Assembly (NCBI GenBank): GCA_036149055.1
Contig: JAYZQJ010000053.1
Location: 1 to 39,373, forward strand
Reading direction: 5' to 3'
DNA: 39,373 bases
From: Myxococcota bacterium
Lineage (GTDB): Bacteria; Myxococcota_A; Polyangia; Polyangiales; Sandaracinaceae
Under the pieces are notes generated by a model that was not told where the DNA came from, did no database searches, and was given only the letters and a program-made list of their open reading frames with translations. Below, piece after piece: positions 18,138 through 27,800 of this stretch; positions within the stretch are counted from its first letter, which is position 1, and every line of letters begins with the position of its first letter. Position numbers and translations under genes: made by a program.

Positions 18138-18661
18138 GGATCCTCCGGCGGCCAGGGGTAGGGGTAGTGGCTGTCATAGAGCCGCACCGGGATCCAGCTG
18201 TGCGGATCGCTGAAGCGAGGATCGGCGCAGGCGTCGCCGGTGCGCTGGACCGGGCCGCCCGCGACGGGCCGGCGCGACATGCGCACCGCGTGCCCGGCGT
18301 CGCAGAGCTGCCGAACGGCGACCCGGATCGCCTCGTCGTTGTGCTGGATGCCGTCCCGGTGCAGCCACTCGACGAGGTCGGCCTCGCGCCCCGCCCTCGG
18401 CGCCGGCGTCACCTCGACCTCGAGCTCGATGTAGAAGATCCAGAGCGAGCTCAGCATGCGCTGAGGCGCGATCAGGTGGTTGTTCGACCGCTCCTGCCAC
18501 GAGAGCCCCGAGAACATCGTCTGGCAGCTGTCGTCCCGCAGCCCGATGTAGGGGAGGCTGTTGTTGGTGAACTGCAGCGCGCCGACGATCGCCACCGCGG
18601 CGAAGAGCGCGCGGCGGAGCCGGCGGTCGGCGTCGGGGCTGGTCTCGCGCGGGCGCGGCAT
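18134..18661 (-). CDS. Membrane-anchored protein, probable partner or split C-terminal module of the HTTM protein (SdpA/DUF5819-like position)
   Basis: One TM then PYIGL....QTMFSGL....SNNHL; GTGA overlap with the HTTM gene. Confidence 0.65.
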   Translation of the reverse strand: MPRPRETSPDADRRLRRALFAAVAIVGALQFTNNSLPYIGLRDDSCQTMFSGLSWQERSNNHLIAPQRMLSSLWIFYIELEVEVTPAPRAGREADLVEWLHRDGIQHNDEAIRVAVRQLCDAGHAVRMSRRPVAGGPVQRTGDACADPRFSDPHSWIPVRLYDSHYPYPWPPEDP

Positions 18662-18803
18662 GGGCCCGCAACGATACCTCAGGCGCGGGTCGAGAGGACC
18701 TCGACGTGCGCCCCGCGATGCGCGACATTTGCGACGTTCGGGGAGTCTCGGCCAGGGCGGGGCCTACGGCACGCACCTTGCCCTGACTCCGGGGGGAGGG
18801 ACG

Positions 18804-19184
18804 ATGGCGCGAGCGGCGATGAAGACCCCGGAGTGGCCGACCACTCGCGGCACGAGCGACCGACTGGCACCGGACCCGGACAGTCGGGCGACCGAGGGGC
18901 ACGTGGCGCTCACGGTCGTGAACCGGAGCGCGCAGCCGCTGACCGGGCTGCACATCGTGGGCGCCCTGACCCCGGGCTGGGGCAAGGACTGGCTCGGCGG
19001 CGTCGCGCTGGGGCCGGGAGAGACCGCCCGCTTCGAGTGGCCTCACCGCGGCGGCGCCCACCACCTCCGGGCGTTCGGGGTCGACCGGCAGGCGCTCGGC
19101 TACCGCTCGCTCCGCCCCGAGCCGGGGAGCGCCTGGATCTGGGAGTTCGTCGGGCCGGTCAGCCCTTCTCGGAGATCTTCCTGA
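18804..19184 (+). CDS. Hypothetical small beta-sandwich protein
   Basis: RBS gggaggg before ATG 18804; LTVVNRS..PL..LHI.....WGKDWLG...LGPGET motif. Confidence 0.65.
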   Translation: MARAAMKTPEWPTTRGTSDRLAPDPDSRATEGHVALTVVNRSAQPLTGLHIVGALTPGWGKDWLGGVALGPGETARFEWPHRGGAHHLRAFGVDRQALGYRSLRPEPGSAWIWEFVGPVSPSRRSS

Positions 19185-20730
19185 GCTTGGTGAGCGCGAG
19201 CAGGGCCTTGGGGAGGTTGCCGCCCAGCAAGCCGTGGAACGCCTGGGCCATCGGCGCGTACTTCTCGCGGTAGGGGAACCAGAAGGGCTCGAAGTCGAGC
19301 TTGCCCTTGTCGACCATGATGGCCTTCTGGTGGGTGAAGGAGAGCAAGCCCTCCGGCCCGTGGTAGCGCCCGAATCCGCTGTTCTTCACGCCGCCGAAGG
19401 GGAGCGCGGGGTTGCCGGTGATCGCGACGACGTCGTTGACCATCACCTGCCCGCTCTCCATGCGCGACGCGAGCGCGAGGCCCTTGTCGACGTCGCGGGT
19501 CCACACCGAGCCGTTGAGGCCGTACTGGTGATCGCTCGCCAGCCGCACCGCCTCGTCGGCGTCCTTCACCCGCACCACCGGCAGCACCGGCCCGAAGGTC
19601 TCCTCGCGGTAGATCTCCATCTCGGGGGTGACCTCGGTCACGAGCGTGGGCGCGAAGAACTGCCCGGGACGATCGAGGCGCGCGCCGCCGCGGAGCACCT
19701 TGGCGCCGGCCGCGATCGCGCTCTTCACATGCCGCTCGACCGTCTCGAGCTGCCTCGGGAAGGTCATCGGGCCCATGTCGGCGTGCTCGTCCGGCCCGCC
19801 CACGCGCACCTTGTCGACCTCTCGCTCGAGGAGCGACACGAAGCGGTCGTGCACCGCGTCCTCGACGAAGATGCGCTCGACCGAGATGCACATCTGGCCG
19901 CAGTTCACGAGCCCGCCCCAGACGGCGGCGCGGGCCGCGCGCTCGAGGTTCGCGTCGGCGCAGACGATCATCGCGTCCTTGCCGCCGAGCTCGAGCTCGA
20001 CCGGGATCGGCTTCTTCGCCGCCGCGGCCATCACCTTGCGCCCGGTCGCGACCGAGCCGGTGAAGAAGATCTTGTCGATGTCCGCGTCGCAGAGCGCGGC
20101 GCCGGTGGTCCCGTCGCCCTGGATGACCTCGACGACCCCGCGCGGCAGGCCGATGCGGCGGAAGATCTCGTCCATGATCTCGCCGGTGATCGGCGTGACC
20201 TCCGACGGCTTCAGCACGACGGTGTTGCCGGCGATGAGCGCCGAGACGGTGGGCACCATCGAGAGCTGGAAGGGGAAGTTCCAGGGCGAGATGATCCCGA
20301 TGACCCCCATCGGGAAGTGCTCGATGTAGCTCTTCTTGCCGGGGAAGAGGATCGGCGTGCCGACCTTCTTGCGCGCGAGCGTCTTGGGCGCGGTCTTGCG
20401 GTAGTGATCGATGAAGAGCGGGATGCTCATCAGCTCGGTCAGCAGCGAGTCGACGAGCGGCTTGCCGGTGTCCTCGCTGATGCGGCGCGCGTACTCCTCG
20501 CCGTGGGTCCGGACCACGTCTTTGATGCGCGCGAGCATGCGGAGCCGATCCCCGACCGGGGTGTCGCGCCAGGCGGGGAAGGCGCGGCGAGCGCGGGCGA
20601 CCGCGGCGAAGACCTCGTCCCTCGAGGTGATCGGGAAGGTCCCGAGCGGCTCGCCCGAGACCGGGCTGCGCTTGTCGATCACGGGGCCCTTCGCCCCGCG
20701 CTCGGTGGTCACCGTCTGCGTCGCTTCCAT
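19159..20730 (-). CDS. Aldehyde dehydrogenase family protein
   Basis: ISPWNFP, LKPSE, FTGS, ELGGKD, catalytic GQMC, EETFGP, PFGGVKNSG; RBS ggagggg before ATG 20730 (alternative 20760). Confidence 0.95.
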   Translation of the reverse strand: MEATQTVTTERGAKGPVIDKRSPVSGEPLGTFPITSRDEVFAAVARARRAFPAWRDTPVGDRLRMLARIKDVVRTHGEEYARRISEDTGKPLVDSLLTELMSIPLFIDHYRKTAPKTLARKKVGTPILFPGKKSYIEHFPMGVIGIISPWNFPFQLSMVPTVSALIAGNTVVLKPSEVTPITGEIMDEIFRRIGLPRGVVEVIQGDGTTGAALCDADIDKIFFTGSVATGRKVMAAAAKKPIPVELELGGKDAMIVCADANLERAARAAVWGGLVNCGQMCISVERIFVEDAVHDRFVSLLEREVDKVRVGGPDEHADMGPMTFPRQLETVERHVKSAIAAGAKVLRGGARLDRPGQFFAPTLVTEVTPEMEIYREETFGPVLPVVRVKDADEAVRLASDHQYGLNGSVWTRDVDKGLALASRMESGQVMVNDVVAITGNPALPFGGVKNSGFGRYHGPEGLLSFTHQKAIMVDKGKLDFEPFWFPYREKYAPMAQAFHGLLGGNLPKALLALTKLRKISEKG

Positions 20731-20807
20731 CGCTGTCCCCTCCGGAGTTCGCCGAAGCATGGGCGGCCCTGCGCGGGCGCGCCACCCCGGCTATCCTGCC
20801 GGTGGGG

Positions 20808-21563
20808 ATGAGGAGTCAGGCCTACCGCGAGCCGGCGCGCGAGACGACGGCGGAGCCGCCCGCCGCGCCGGGGCGAGGCGGCGCGGGCGCGTCGGTGGCG
20901 AGCGCGGCGATGCTCGGCGCGGCGGCGCTCGGCGGCGCGACCTCCGCCGCGGCCCTCGGCAGCCTGGAGCTGCTCGTGCTCGCCGGGGCCGGCGCCCTCG
21001 CCGCCGCCACGCACCTCGCCCGGGCGAGCCGCTGCGGACGGCGCCGCCGCGAGGTGCTCGACTTCCTCGGCGACGGCGTCGTGGTGGAGCCCGGGGTCTG
21101 GACGAGCGCGGACGGCAGCCGGCGCGTGCGCGCGGTGCGACGCGACGATCACCTCCGCTTCGAGACCCTCGAGCTGGTCAGCGGGGTGACGCTGAGCAGC
21201 CACCGGGTGCGGCTCGAGCTCCCCTTCGACCCGCCTCGTCGGTCCACGCGGCGGCGCCGGTCGGCGCGGGTCCACGGCCGACCGATCCACCCGTGCTGCT
21301 TCGACGGCCTCCCGGGCCGCGACCCGGTCCTGCGCCACCCGGCCTCGATCGAGCTCGAGGAGTCGGAGAGCGGGGTGCTGCTCCGCCGCCTCGACGACGA
21401 CGGCGCGCTGGTCGGAGACACCTGGCACGCGACGGAGGCCGAGGCGCGCCGGCAGCTCGCTCACGAGCTCGGCCCTCACCTCGGCCCGTGGACGAAGGCG
21501 CAGCGGCGGGCGAAGCCGACGCGCGGCTGGGAGCCCTCCGCCGACGCCCACCTCGGGCTGTGA
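20808..21563 (+). CDS. Hypothetical membrane protein with a C-terminal 'GDTWH...EA..Q' domain
   Basis: Two N-terminal hydrophobic segments; C-terminal LLRRLDDDGALVGDTWHATEAEARRQ; start 20802 or 20808. Confidence 0.55.
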   Translation: MRSQAYREPARETTAEPPAAPGRGGAGASVASAAMLGAAALGGATSAAALGSLELLVLAGAGALAAATHLARASRCGRRRREVLDFLGDGVVVEPGVWTSADGSRRVRAVRRDDHLRFETLELVSGVTLSSHRVRLELPFDPPRRSTRRRRSARVHGRPIHPCCFDGLPGRDPVLRHPASIELEESESGVLLRRLDDDGALVGDTWHATEAEARRQLAHELGPHLGPWTKAQRRAKPTRGWEPSADAHLGL

Positions 21564-21572
21564 GCTTCCCGC

Positions 21573-22010
21573 TCAGCTGAATCGGAAGGCGAGCCGGGCG
21601 CCCTCGTCGTCCACGCCGGCGACGCGCACGAGCGAGGCGCGCGCCCGGGTGGAGCCCTCGTCGCTCTCGAGCACAAAGGTGAGATCGGTCGCGGTCATCA
21701 CGTCGATCTCCGCGCCGTAGGGCACGCAGACGAGCACGCCGGTGTCCGAGATGTCGAGCGTGCGGACCGGCACCTGGGCGCCTCCCGCGATCTCGAGCGC
21801 GGCGCGCCGCTGGACCCGCCGCCGCTCGGCGCGCGGCTGCCAGAAGTGCGCGAGCAGCGCCTCGAGCTCGGCGCGGACCTTCGGCCCTCGCTCCGAGCGC
21901 AGCATCTCGGCGAGCACCGGGTAGGTGTCCGCGTCGACCACGGCCTCCCAGCCGCGGGCCCACAGCGGGCGGTTGGAGGGCGTGGCAGAGGTCGCGTTCG
22001 CAGTCGCCAT
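21573..22010 (-). CDS. PilZ domain protein (candidate c-di-GMP effector)
   Basis: ERRRVQR (RxxxR) and DISDTG (DxSxxG) motifs, VR..., AFRF at the end; start uncertain (22010 or 22076). Confidence 0.8.
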   Translation of the reverse strand: MATANATSATPSNRPLWARGWEAVVDADTYPVLAEMLRSERGPKVRAELEALLAHFWQPRAERRRVQRRAALEIAGGAQVPVRTLDISDTGVLVCVPYGAEIDVMTATDLTFVLESDEGSTRARASLVRVAGVDDEGARLAFRFS

Positions 22011-22081
22011 GCCCACGCCGAACGGCGGAGCGGGCGGGGACCTGAAGCCCTCACCCTTCCGCGCTGCTACTCTCATCCGTC

Positions 22082-23878
22082 GTGCTTCGCTTCTCCGCCC
22101 TGCTCCTCGCGCTGACGGCGTGCAGCCCGCCGCCGGACCCGCCGCGAGACGCCGGCGTGGACGCGGCGCCCGAGCGCCCCGACGCCCGGCCCGGCGTCGG
22201 CGAGGACGCGGGTCGCCTCGACGCCGGCCTGCCCCCCGAGGACGCGGGTCGCGATCTGGACGCCGGCCCTCCGCCCGACGCGGGGCCGACCCTGGCGCTG
22301 CCGCGCTTCGTCGACGTCACCGCCGCCGCCGGCCTCGACTCGCCGCACCGCACGCCGCCGCACTGCGCCCAGGGCCGCGGGGAGGACACCTGCGAGATCG
22401 ACCACATGACCGGCGGCGCCGCGGTGGGGGACTTCGACGCCGACGGCTGGCCCGATCTCTACGTCACGAACCTCGAGGGGCCCGACCACCTCTACCGGAA
22501 CCAGGGGGACGGCACCTTCGTCGACGTCGCGGCCTCGGTCGGGCTCGGGGCGGCGCTCCAGACCAACGGCGCGGCCTTCGTCGACGTGGACGACGACGGC
22601 GATCTCGATCTCTACGTGACCTGCATCGCCGGGCCCGACGATCCGGTCAACCGTGGCCACCGCCTCTACGTGCAGGAGGCCGGCGTGTTCACCGAGGAGG
22701 CGGCCTCGCGCGGCGCCGACCTGAGGCAGGGCGGCTCGCTGTTCGGCGGCGAGAGCGTCGCCGTCGGCGACTACGACCGCGACGGCTACCCCGATCTGCA
22801 CGTGACCGAGTGGCTCGACATCCGCCAGTCCCAGCCGCACACCCGGCTCCTCCGCAACCGCGGCGCGACGCGGCCCGGTCACTTCGTCGACGTCACCGTC
22901 GCGGCCGGCGCGTCCACCTTCTCGCTGGAGTGCTGGGAGGGGACGACGCGTTGCACGAGCTACGCCTTCGCCTCCGCCTTCACCGACCTCGACGGCGACG
23001 GCTTCCAGGACCTCGTCGTGGTCAGCGACTTCGGGACCACGCGCCTGTTCTGGAACCGGGGCGACGGCACGTTCGAGCTCGGGCTCCGCACCTCGACGGT
23101 CGGCGGCGACGAGAACGGCATGGGCTCCACCGTGGGCGACGTCGACGGCGACGGAGACCTCGACTGGTTCGTGACCTCGATCTTCGACCCGATGTTCATC
23201 TGCGCCCGGAACCCCTGCGCGTGGGGCTCGAGCGGCAACCGCCTCTTCCAGAACGACGGCGCCCGCGGCTGGGTGGACGACACCGACCGCGCCGGCGTGC
23301 GCGAGGGCGGCTGGGGGTGGGGCGCCGCGCTCTTCGACGCCGACAACGACGGGGACCTCGACCTGACGATGGTCAACGGCGTGGACTTCCCGCACATCGA
23401 CCTCGACGACGGCTACGCCGCCGAGCCGATGCGCTTCTGGGTCAACGACGGGACCGGGCGCTTCCGAGAGCGGAGCGCGGCGGTCGGGCTCACCGACGTC
23501 GGGCGCGGGAAGGGCCTGGTGGTCTTCGACTACGACCGCGACGGCGACCAGGACCTCTTCGTCGTGAACAACGCCGCCGCTCCGCGCCTCTACCGGAGCG
23601 AAGGCGCCGAGGGGGCCTGGCTCCGGCTGCGGCTCGTCGGCACCGCGAGCAACACCGAGGCGCTCGGGGCCCGGGTGGAGGCCACGGTCGAGGGCCGGCG
23701 GCTCGTGCGCGAGGTCGGCAGCGTGACCCACTTCCTCGGGCAGTCCGAGCGCGAGGTCCACCTCGGGCTCGGCGTCGCCGCGCAGGTCGACCAGCTGCGT
23801 ATCCTCTGGCCCAGCGGCGCCATCACTACGATGGTCGACGTGGCCGCGGGACAGGAGCTGACGATCACCGAGCCGTAG
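22082..23878 (+). CDS. CRTAC1-family lipoprotein (FG-GAP/VCBS repeats plus ASPIC/UnbV)
   Basis: Lipobox LTA-C; repeated DxDxDGxxDL; GMG..VGD; WGWG..LFD; C-terminal SNTEALGARV...VHLGLG...WPSG. Confidence 0.9.
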   Translation: MLRFSALLLALTACSPPPDPPRDAGVDAAPERPDARPGVGEDAGRLDAGLPPEDAGRDLDAGPPPDAGPTLALPRFVDVTAAAGLDSPHRTPPHCAQGRGEDTCEIDHMTGGAAVGDFDADGWPDLYVTNLEGPDHLYRNQGDGTFVDVAASVGLGAALQTNGAAFVDVDDDGDLDLYVTCIAGPDDPVNRGHRLYVQEAGVFTEEAASRGADLRQGGSLFGGESVAVGDYDRDGYPDLHVTEWLDIRQSQPHTRLLRNRGATRPGHFVDVTVAAGASTFSLECWEGTTRCTSYAFASAFTDLDGDGFQDLVVVSDFGTTRLFWNRGDGTFELGLRTSTVGGDENGMGSTVGDVDGDGDLDWFVTSIFDPMFICARNPCAWGSSGNRLFQNDGARGWVDDTDRAGVREGGWGWGAALFDADNDGDLDLTMVNGVDFPHIDLDDGYAAEPMRFWVNDGTGRFRERSAAVGLTDVGRGKGLVVFDYDRDGDQDLFVVNNAAAPRLYRSEGAEGAWLRLRLVGTASNTEALGARVEATVEGRRLVREVGSVTHFLGQSEREVHLGLGVAAQVDQLRILWPSGAITTMVDVAAGQELTITEP

Positions 23879-23881
23879 AGC

Positions 23882-24121
23882 TCACTGCCCGCGGGCCTCG
23901 TCGCGCAGCTCGCGCCGGGACTCCCACTCGTCGACCGCGCGCTCGCCGAGCTCCACGCTCGCCTTCTCCACCTCCCGGCCGAGCTCCTGCGCCGGCTCGG
24001 TCGCCGCGATGCGCAGGGTGTGCTCGTAGAGCGTGAACCGCCCGAGGGGCACGAAGAAGTAGACCACGGTCACGACGGCGAGGCCGACGAGCCACAGGAA
24101 GCCGTTGATCAGGCGGCGCAT
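23882..24121 (-). CDS. Small membrane hypothetical protein
   Basis: N-terminal TM, FFVPLG..TLYEH..RI; fills the gap between neighbouring genes with good codon bias. Confidence 0.7.
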   Translation of the reverse strand: MRRLINGFLWLVGLAVVTVVYFFVPLGRFTLYEHTLRIAATEPAQELGREVEKASVELGERAVDEWESRRELRDEARGQ

Positions 24122-24166
24122 GGTCGCGCCGCTGGTGTAGCACGCCCGCCTCCGGGACGAGACGTT

Positions 24167-24634
24167 TCAGGCGCCGCCGAAGTCGACGCGGATGTAGTCG
24201 CTCAGCAGCCGCTCGGAGATGTGGGTGCGAGCCTCCTCTTCCATGTCGCGCTCCAGGGTGCGCGCGAGATCCTCCACGCAGTCCACCGCCTCGTGGCAGC
24301 TGCAGCGCTCACGCCGCAGCACCCGCTCTGTGCGCTCGATCAGGGCGTGCTGGGCGCGGTGGGTCGCGAGCAGGCGGCGGGCCCGCTCGGGGCCCCAGGC
24401 GTCGATGGCGCGCAGGGTCGGGATCAGCACCTGCTGCTCGCGCGCGAGGTGCTCGCGCACCGCGGACAGGAGGTCGCCGGTCGCCTCGGTCAGCTGCGGG
24501 AGCAGCGCCCCGTTGGTCCGGGTGAACGTCCCGATCCGCCGCACCTCGGAGATGCGAGCCCGGATGCGCTGGTGGCTCTCCAGGATCTCCGTACGTACCC
24601 GGCTCGGGACGATGTCGTCGTTGGGATCATGCAT
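24167..24634 (-). CDS. Hemerythrin-like domain protein
   Basis: H...HLAREQ...H..QH...DMEEE helical pattern; RBS ggagggg before ATG 24634. Confidence 0.75.
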   Translation of the reverse strand: MHDPNDDIVPSRVRTEILESHQRIRARISEVRRIGTFTRTNGALLPQLTEATGDLLSAVREHLAREQQVLIPTLRAIDAWGPERARRLLATHRAQHALIERTERVLRRERCSCHEAVDCVEDLARTLERDMEEEARTHISERLLSDYIRVDFGGA

Positions 24635-24804
24635 GACGGTCCCCTCCAACCGTCAGGTCCAGCATGCGCCGTTCCATCCGTGTAGGGTGGGGTAAGTGCC
24701 GCTACGTCAGGTCCCCCATGACGCACCCGCTGCACGCGAGCGCACCCCCATCGTCGCGGTCGCCTTCGTGGTGTACGATCGGTGCGCGGTGAGGGAGTGG
24801 GCAC

Positions 24805-27800
24805 ATGGGGAACTCTTGTCGGTGGGTGTCGGCGCTCGCGCTGACGGTGGCATGGGGTTGCGCGGCCGGTGACGACCTGCCCGGTCGGCGTGACGCGGGC
24901 GGAGACGCCGGCGGCGCGCTCGACGCGGGCTTCGACGCGGGACGCGGCGACGCGGGCGTGGACGGCGGGCCGATCGAGGAGGTCGGCTTCTGCGAGGAGT
25001 GCGTCGTGCACCCGCAGTGCGGCTCCCTCGGGCGCTGCGTCCCCCTGACCGACGGGCGCTTCGCCTGCGCCGCGGTCTGCAACCCGGACATCCCGAGCTG
25101 CCCGCGCGGCTTCGACTGCGTGGTGCGCCCCGCGAGCCCCGACTTCCCGGTCTGCGTGCCGGTCGGCGAGCGCTGCTGCGTCGACCAGGACGCGGACGGC
25201 TACGGGCGCGGCGTCGGCTGCGACGGGGCCGACTGCGACGACGAGGACATCGACGTGAACCCCGGCGCGGTGGAGCTCTGCAACGGGAGTGACGACGACT
25301 GCGACGAGGCCATCGACGAGGAGGCGACGGACTGCGGCGGTCAGCTCTGCCGGACGGCCGGCATGGGCTACGAGGAGGTCACCCCCGGCGCGTGTGTGGA
25401 CGGCGCCTGCGTCGACGGCGACGCGACGACCTGCGGTCTCTTCAGCTGCGACATGGGCGCCGACGAGGGGGATCGCTGCGCGACGACCTGCACGAACGCG
25501 GGCGAGGACGACGACACGCTCTGCATCGACAGCGCGCACTGCGATCTGGGCGCCTGCGAGCCGGACGAGCCGAACGGCGGCACCTGCGACGAGGACACGG
25601 ACTGCGAGAGCGGGCACTGCGACAACGGCTTCTGCTGTGACGACGGCGCCTGCTGCAGCACCGCGTCCGACTGCCCGGGGAGCGGCAGCGTCGGCACGAC
25701 CTGCGACGACAGCGCGACCTGCCAGGGCACGCGCGGCGAGATCACCTGCGAGATGAACCGCTGCGCGACCCGCTCCGGGGTCCCCGACGACAGCGCCTGC
25801 GACGGCGCGGTCGAGGCGAGCACCTGCGGCTTCTTCACCTCGGTCTTCTGCTCCGGCGCCCCGGACCAGACCCCGCCGACCTGCGCCACGACCTGCGGCG
25901 CGGACTCGGACTGCGACGCCAACGCCCACTGCGACACGGTCTGCGTGCCCGACGTGCCCGACGGCGACGTCTGCGACGAGGACAGCGACTGCATCAGCGG
26001 CCACTGCCAGAACAACTTCTGCTGCGCCGCCGGGGACTGCTGCCGGAGCGCCACCGACTGCCCCGCGAGCTACGCCCGCGCGCCCACCTGCGACACGCCG
26101 ACGAGCTGCCAGGGTACGCGCGACGACGCCACCTGTCTCTCGTTCCGGTGCGGGACGGCGACCGGGGTGCCCGACGACTCGGCCTGCGACGCGGGCGTGA
26201 TCGCGAGCGACTGCGGGCTCTACCCGAGCCGGCTGTGCACGGGCGCGACGAGTCAGACGCCGCCGGTCTGCGCGACGATGTGCAGCTCGGACAGCGAGTG
26301 CGACGCCAACGCGCACTGCGATCTCGGGATGTGCACCGTGGACCTCCCGAGCGGCGCCGCCTGCGACGAGGCCAGCGACTGCGTCAGCGGTCACTGCCAG
26401 AACGGCTTCTGCTGCGCGACCGGGGACTGCTGCGCGGTGGACTCCGACTGCCCGGCCTCGACCTACGGCGAGCCCTCGACCTGCGACGACGCGGCCACCT
26501 GCCAGGGCCGGCGTCGTGACCCGGTGTGCAACCCGGCCAACCAGTGCCAGCTCGGCGGCCTCGTCGACGACGACTCGGGCTGCGCCGGGCTCCAGTCCAA
26601 CGCCTGCGGCCTCTACCCGGCCGTGACCTGCACCGCCGCGACCTCCCAGTCCACCGACCAGATGTCCCGCTGCCGCTCGATGTGCAGCAGCAGCGCGGAC
26701 TGTGATCCCGGCGCGTTCTGCAACGCCATGGGGGAGTGCGCGCCGCGCGGCATGCAGGGCGACGCCTGCACCGCGACCCCGCAATGCGGCTCGGGCCTGC
26801 AGTGCGTCGACGGGGTCTGCTGCGACTCCTCCTGCACGGGGACCTGTCAGGCCTGCAACGTGGCCGGGAGCCTCGGGACCTGCACCCCGGTGCCGAGCGG
26901 CACCGACCCGGCGGGGGAGTGCGGTGGGTTCAGCTGCGCCACCTACTACCAGGGCTGGAGCGGCGACCTCTGCTACCGCCGCGCGGACGCGCCCTCGAGC
27001 GCCGTCGGCTGCGACGGGGCGGGCATGTGTGAGACCCCGGCCGACGTCTGCCCCTCGCAGGGGCGCGGCGGGCTGCAGGTCGACTGCAACGATCTCTGCC
27101 AGTCCCCGAACCTCTCGACGTGCAGCGGGACCACCGCCGGCGTCTGCAACGACACCACGCCGAGCCCGAGCGACCAGACGTGCGGCGTCGGCGCGTGCCA
27201 GCGGACCTTCCCGCGCTGCAACTCCGGGTCGCCCGTCTCGTGCGTGCCGGGCACGCCGAGCACCGAGACGTGCAACGACATCGACGACAACTGCAACGGC
27301 GCGGTCGACGACGGGCTCGCCGGCGACTCCTGGGAGAACAACGGCAGCTGCGGCACGGCGAGCGATCTCGGCCGCCTCTACTCCCAGAACCGACCCGGGG
27401 AGCCGAACTCCCGCTCGGTCACCGGCACGGTCTACGGCTCCGGCGACCAGGACCACTACTTCGTCGACGTCCGCGAGAACGACAGCGGCTGCACCTGCGG
27501 CGTCTCGACCGACGAGGACTACGACCTCGAGATCGAGCTCACCGTCCCGGCGGGCGCCGGCTCCTACCGGGTGTGCGCCAACGACAACAGCTGCACGTTC
27601 GGCGGCCACTGCATGACGGTCCCCGCGGGCACGACCCGCAGCTTCGGCATGCAGGGCATCGATCGCTCCAACTTCGACGGCTGCTGCAGCCCCTTCGGCG
27701 GCTGCGACGACAGCGGCCGCTTCTACATCCGCGTCGCCGGCCAGGGCGCCCCCGGCTTCGAGTGCGCCCCGTACACGATGAACCTCAGCGTCGTGCGAAC

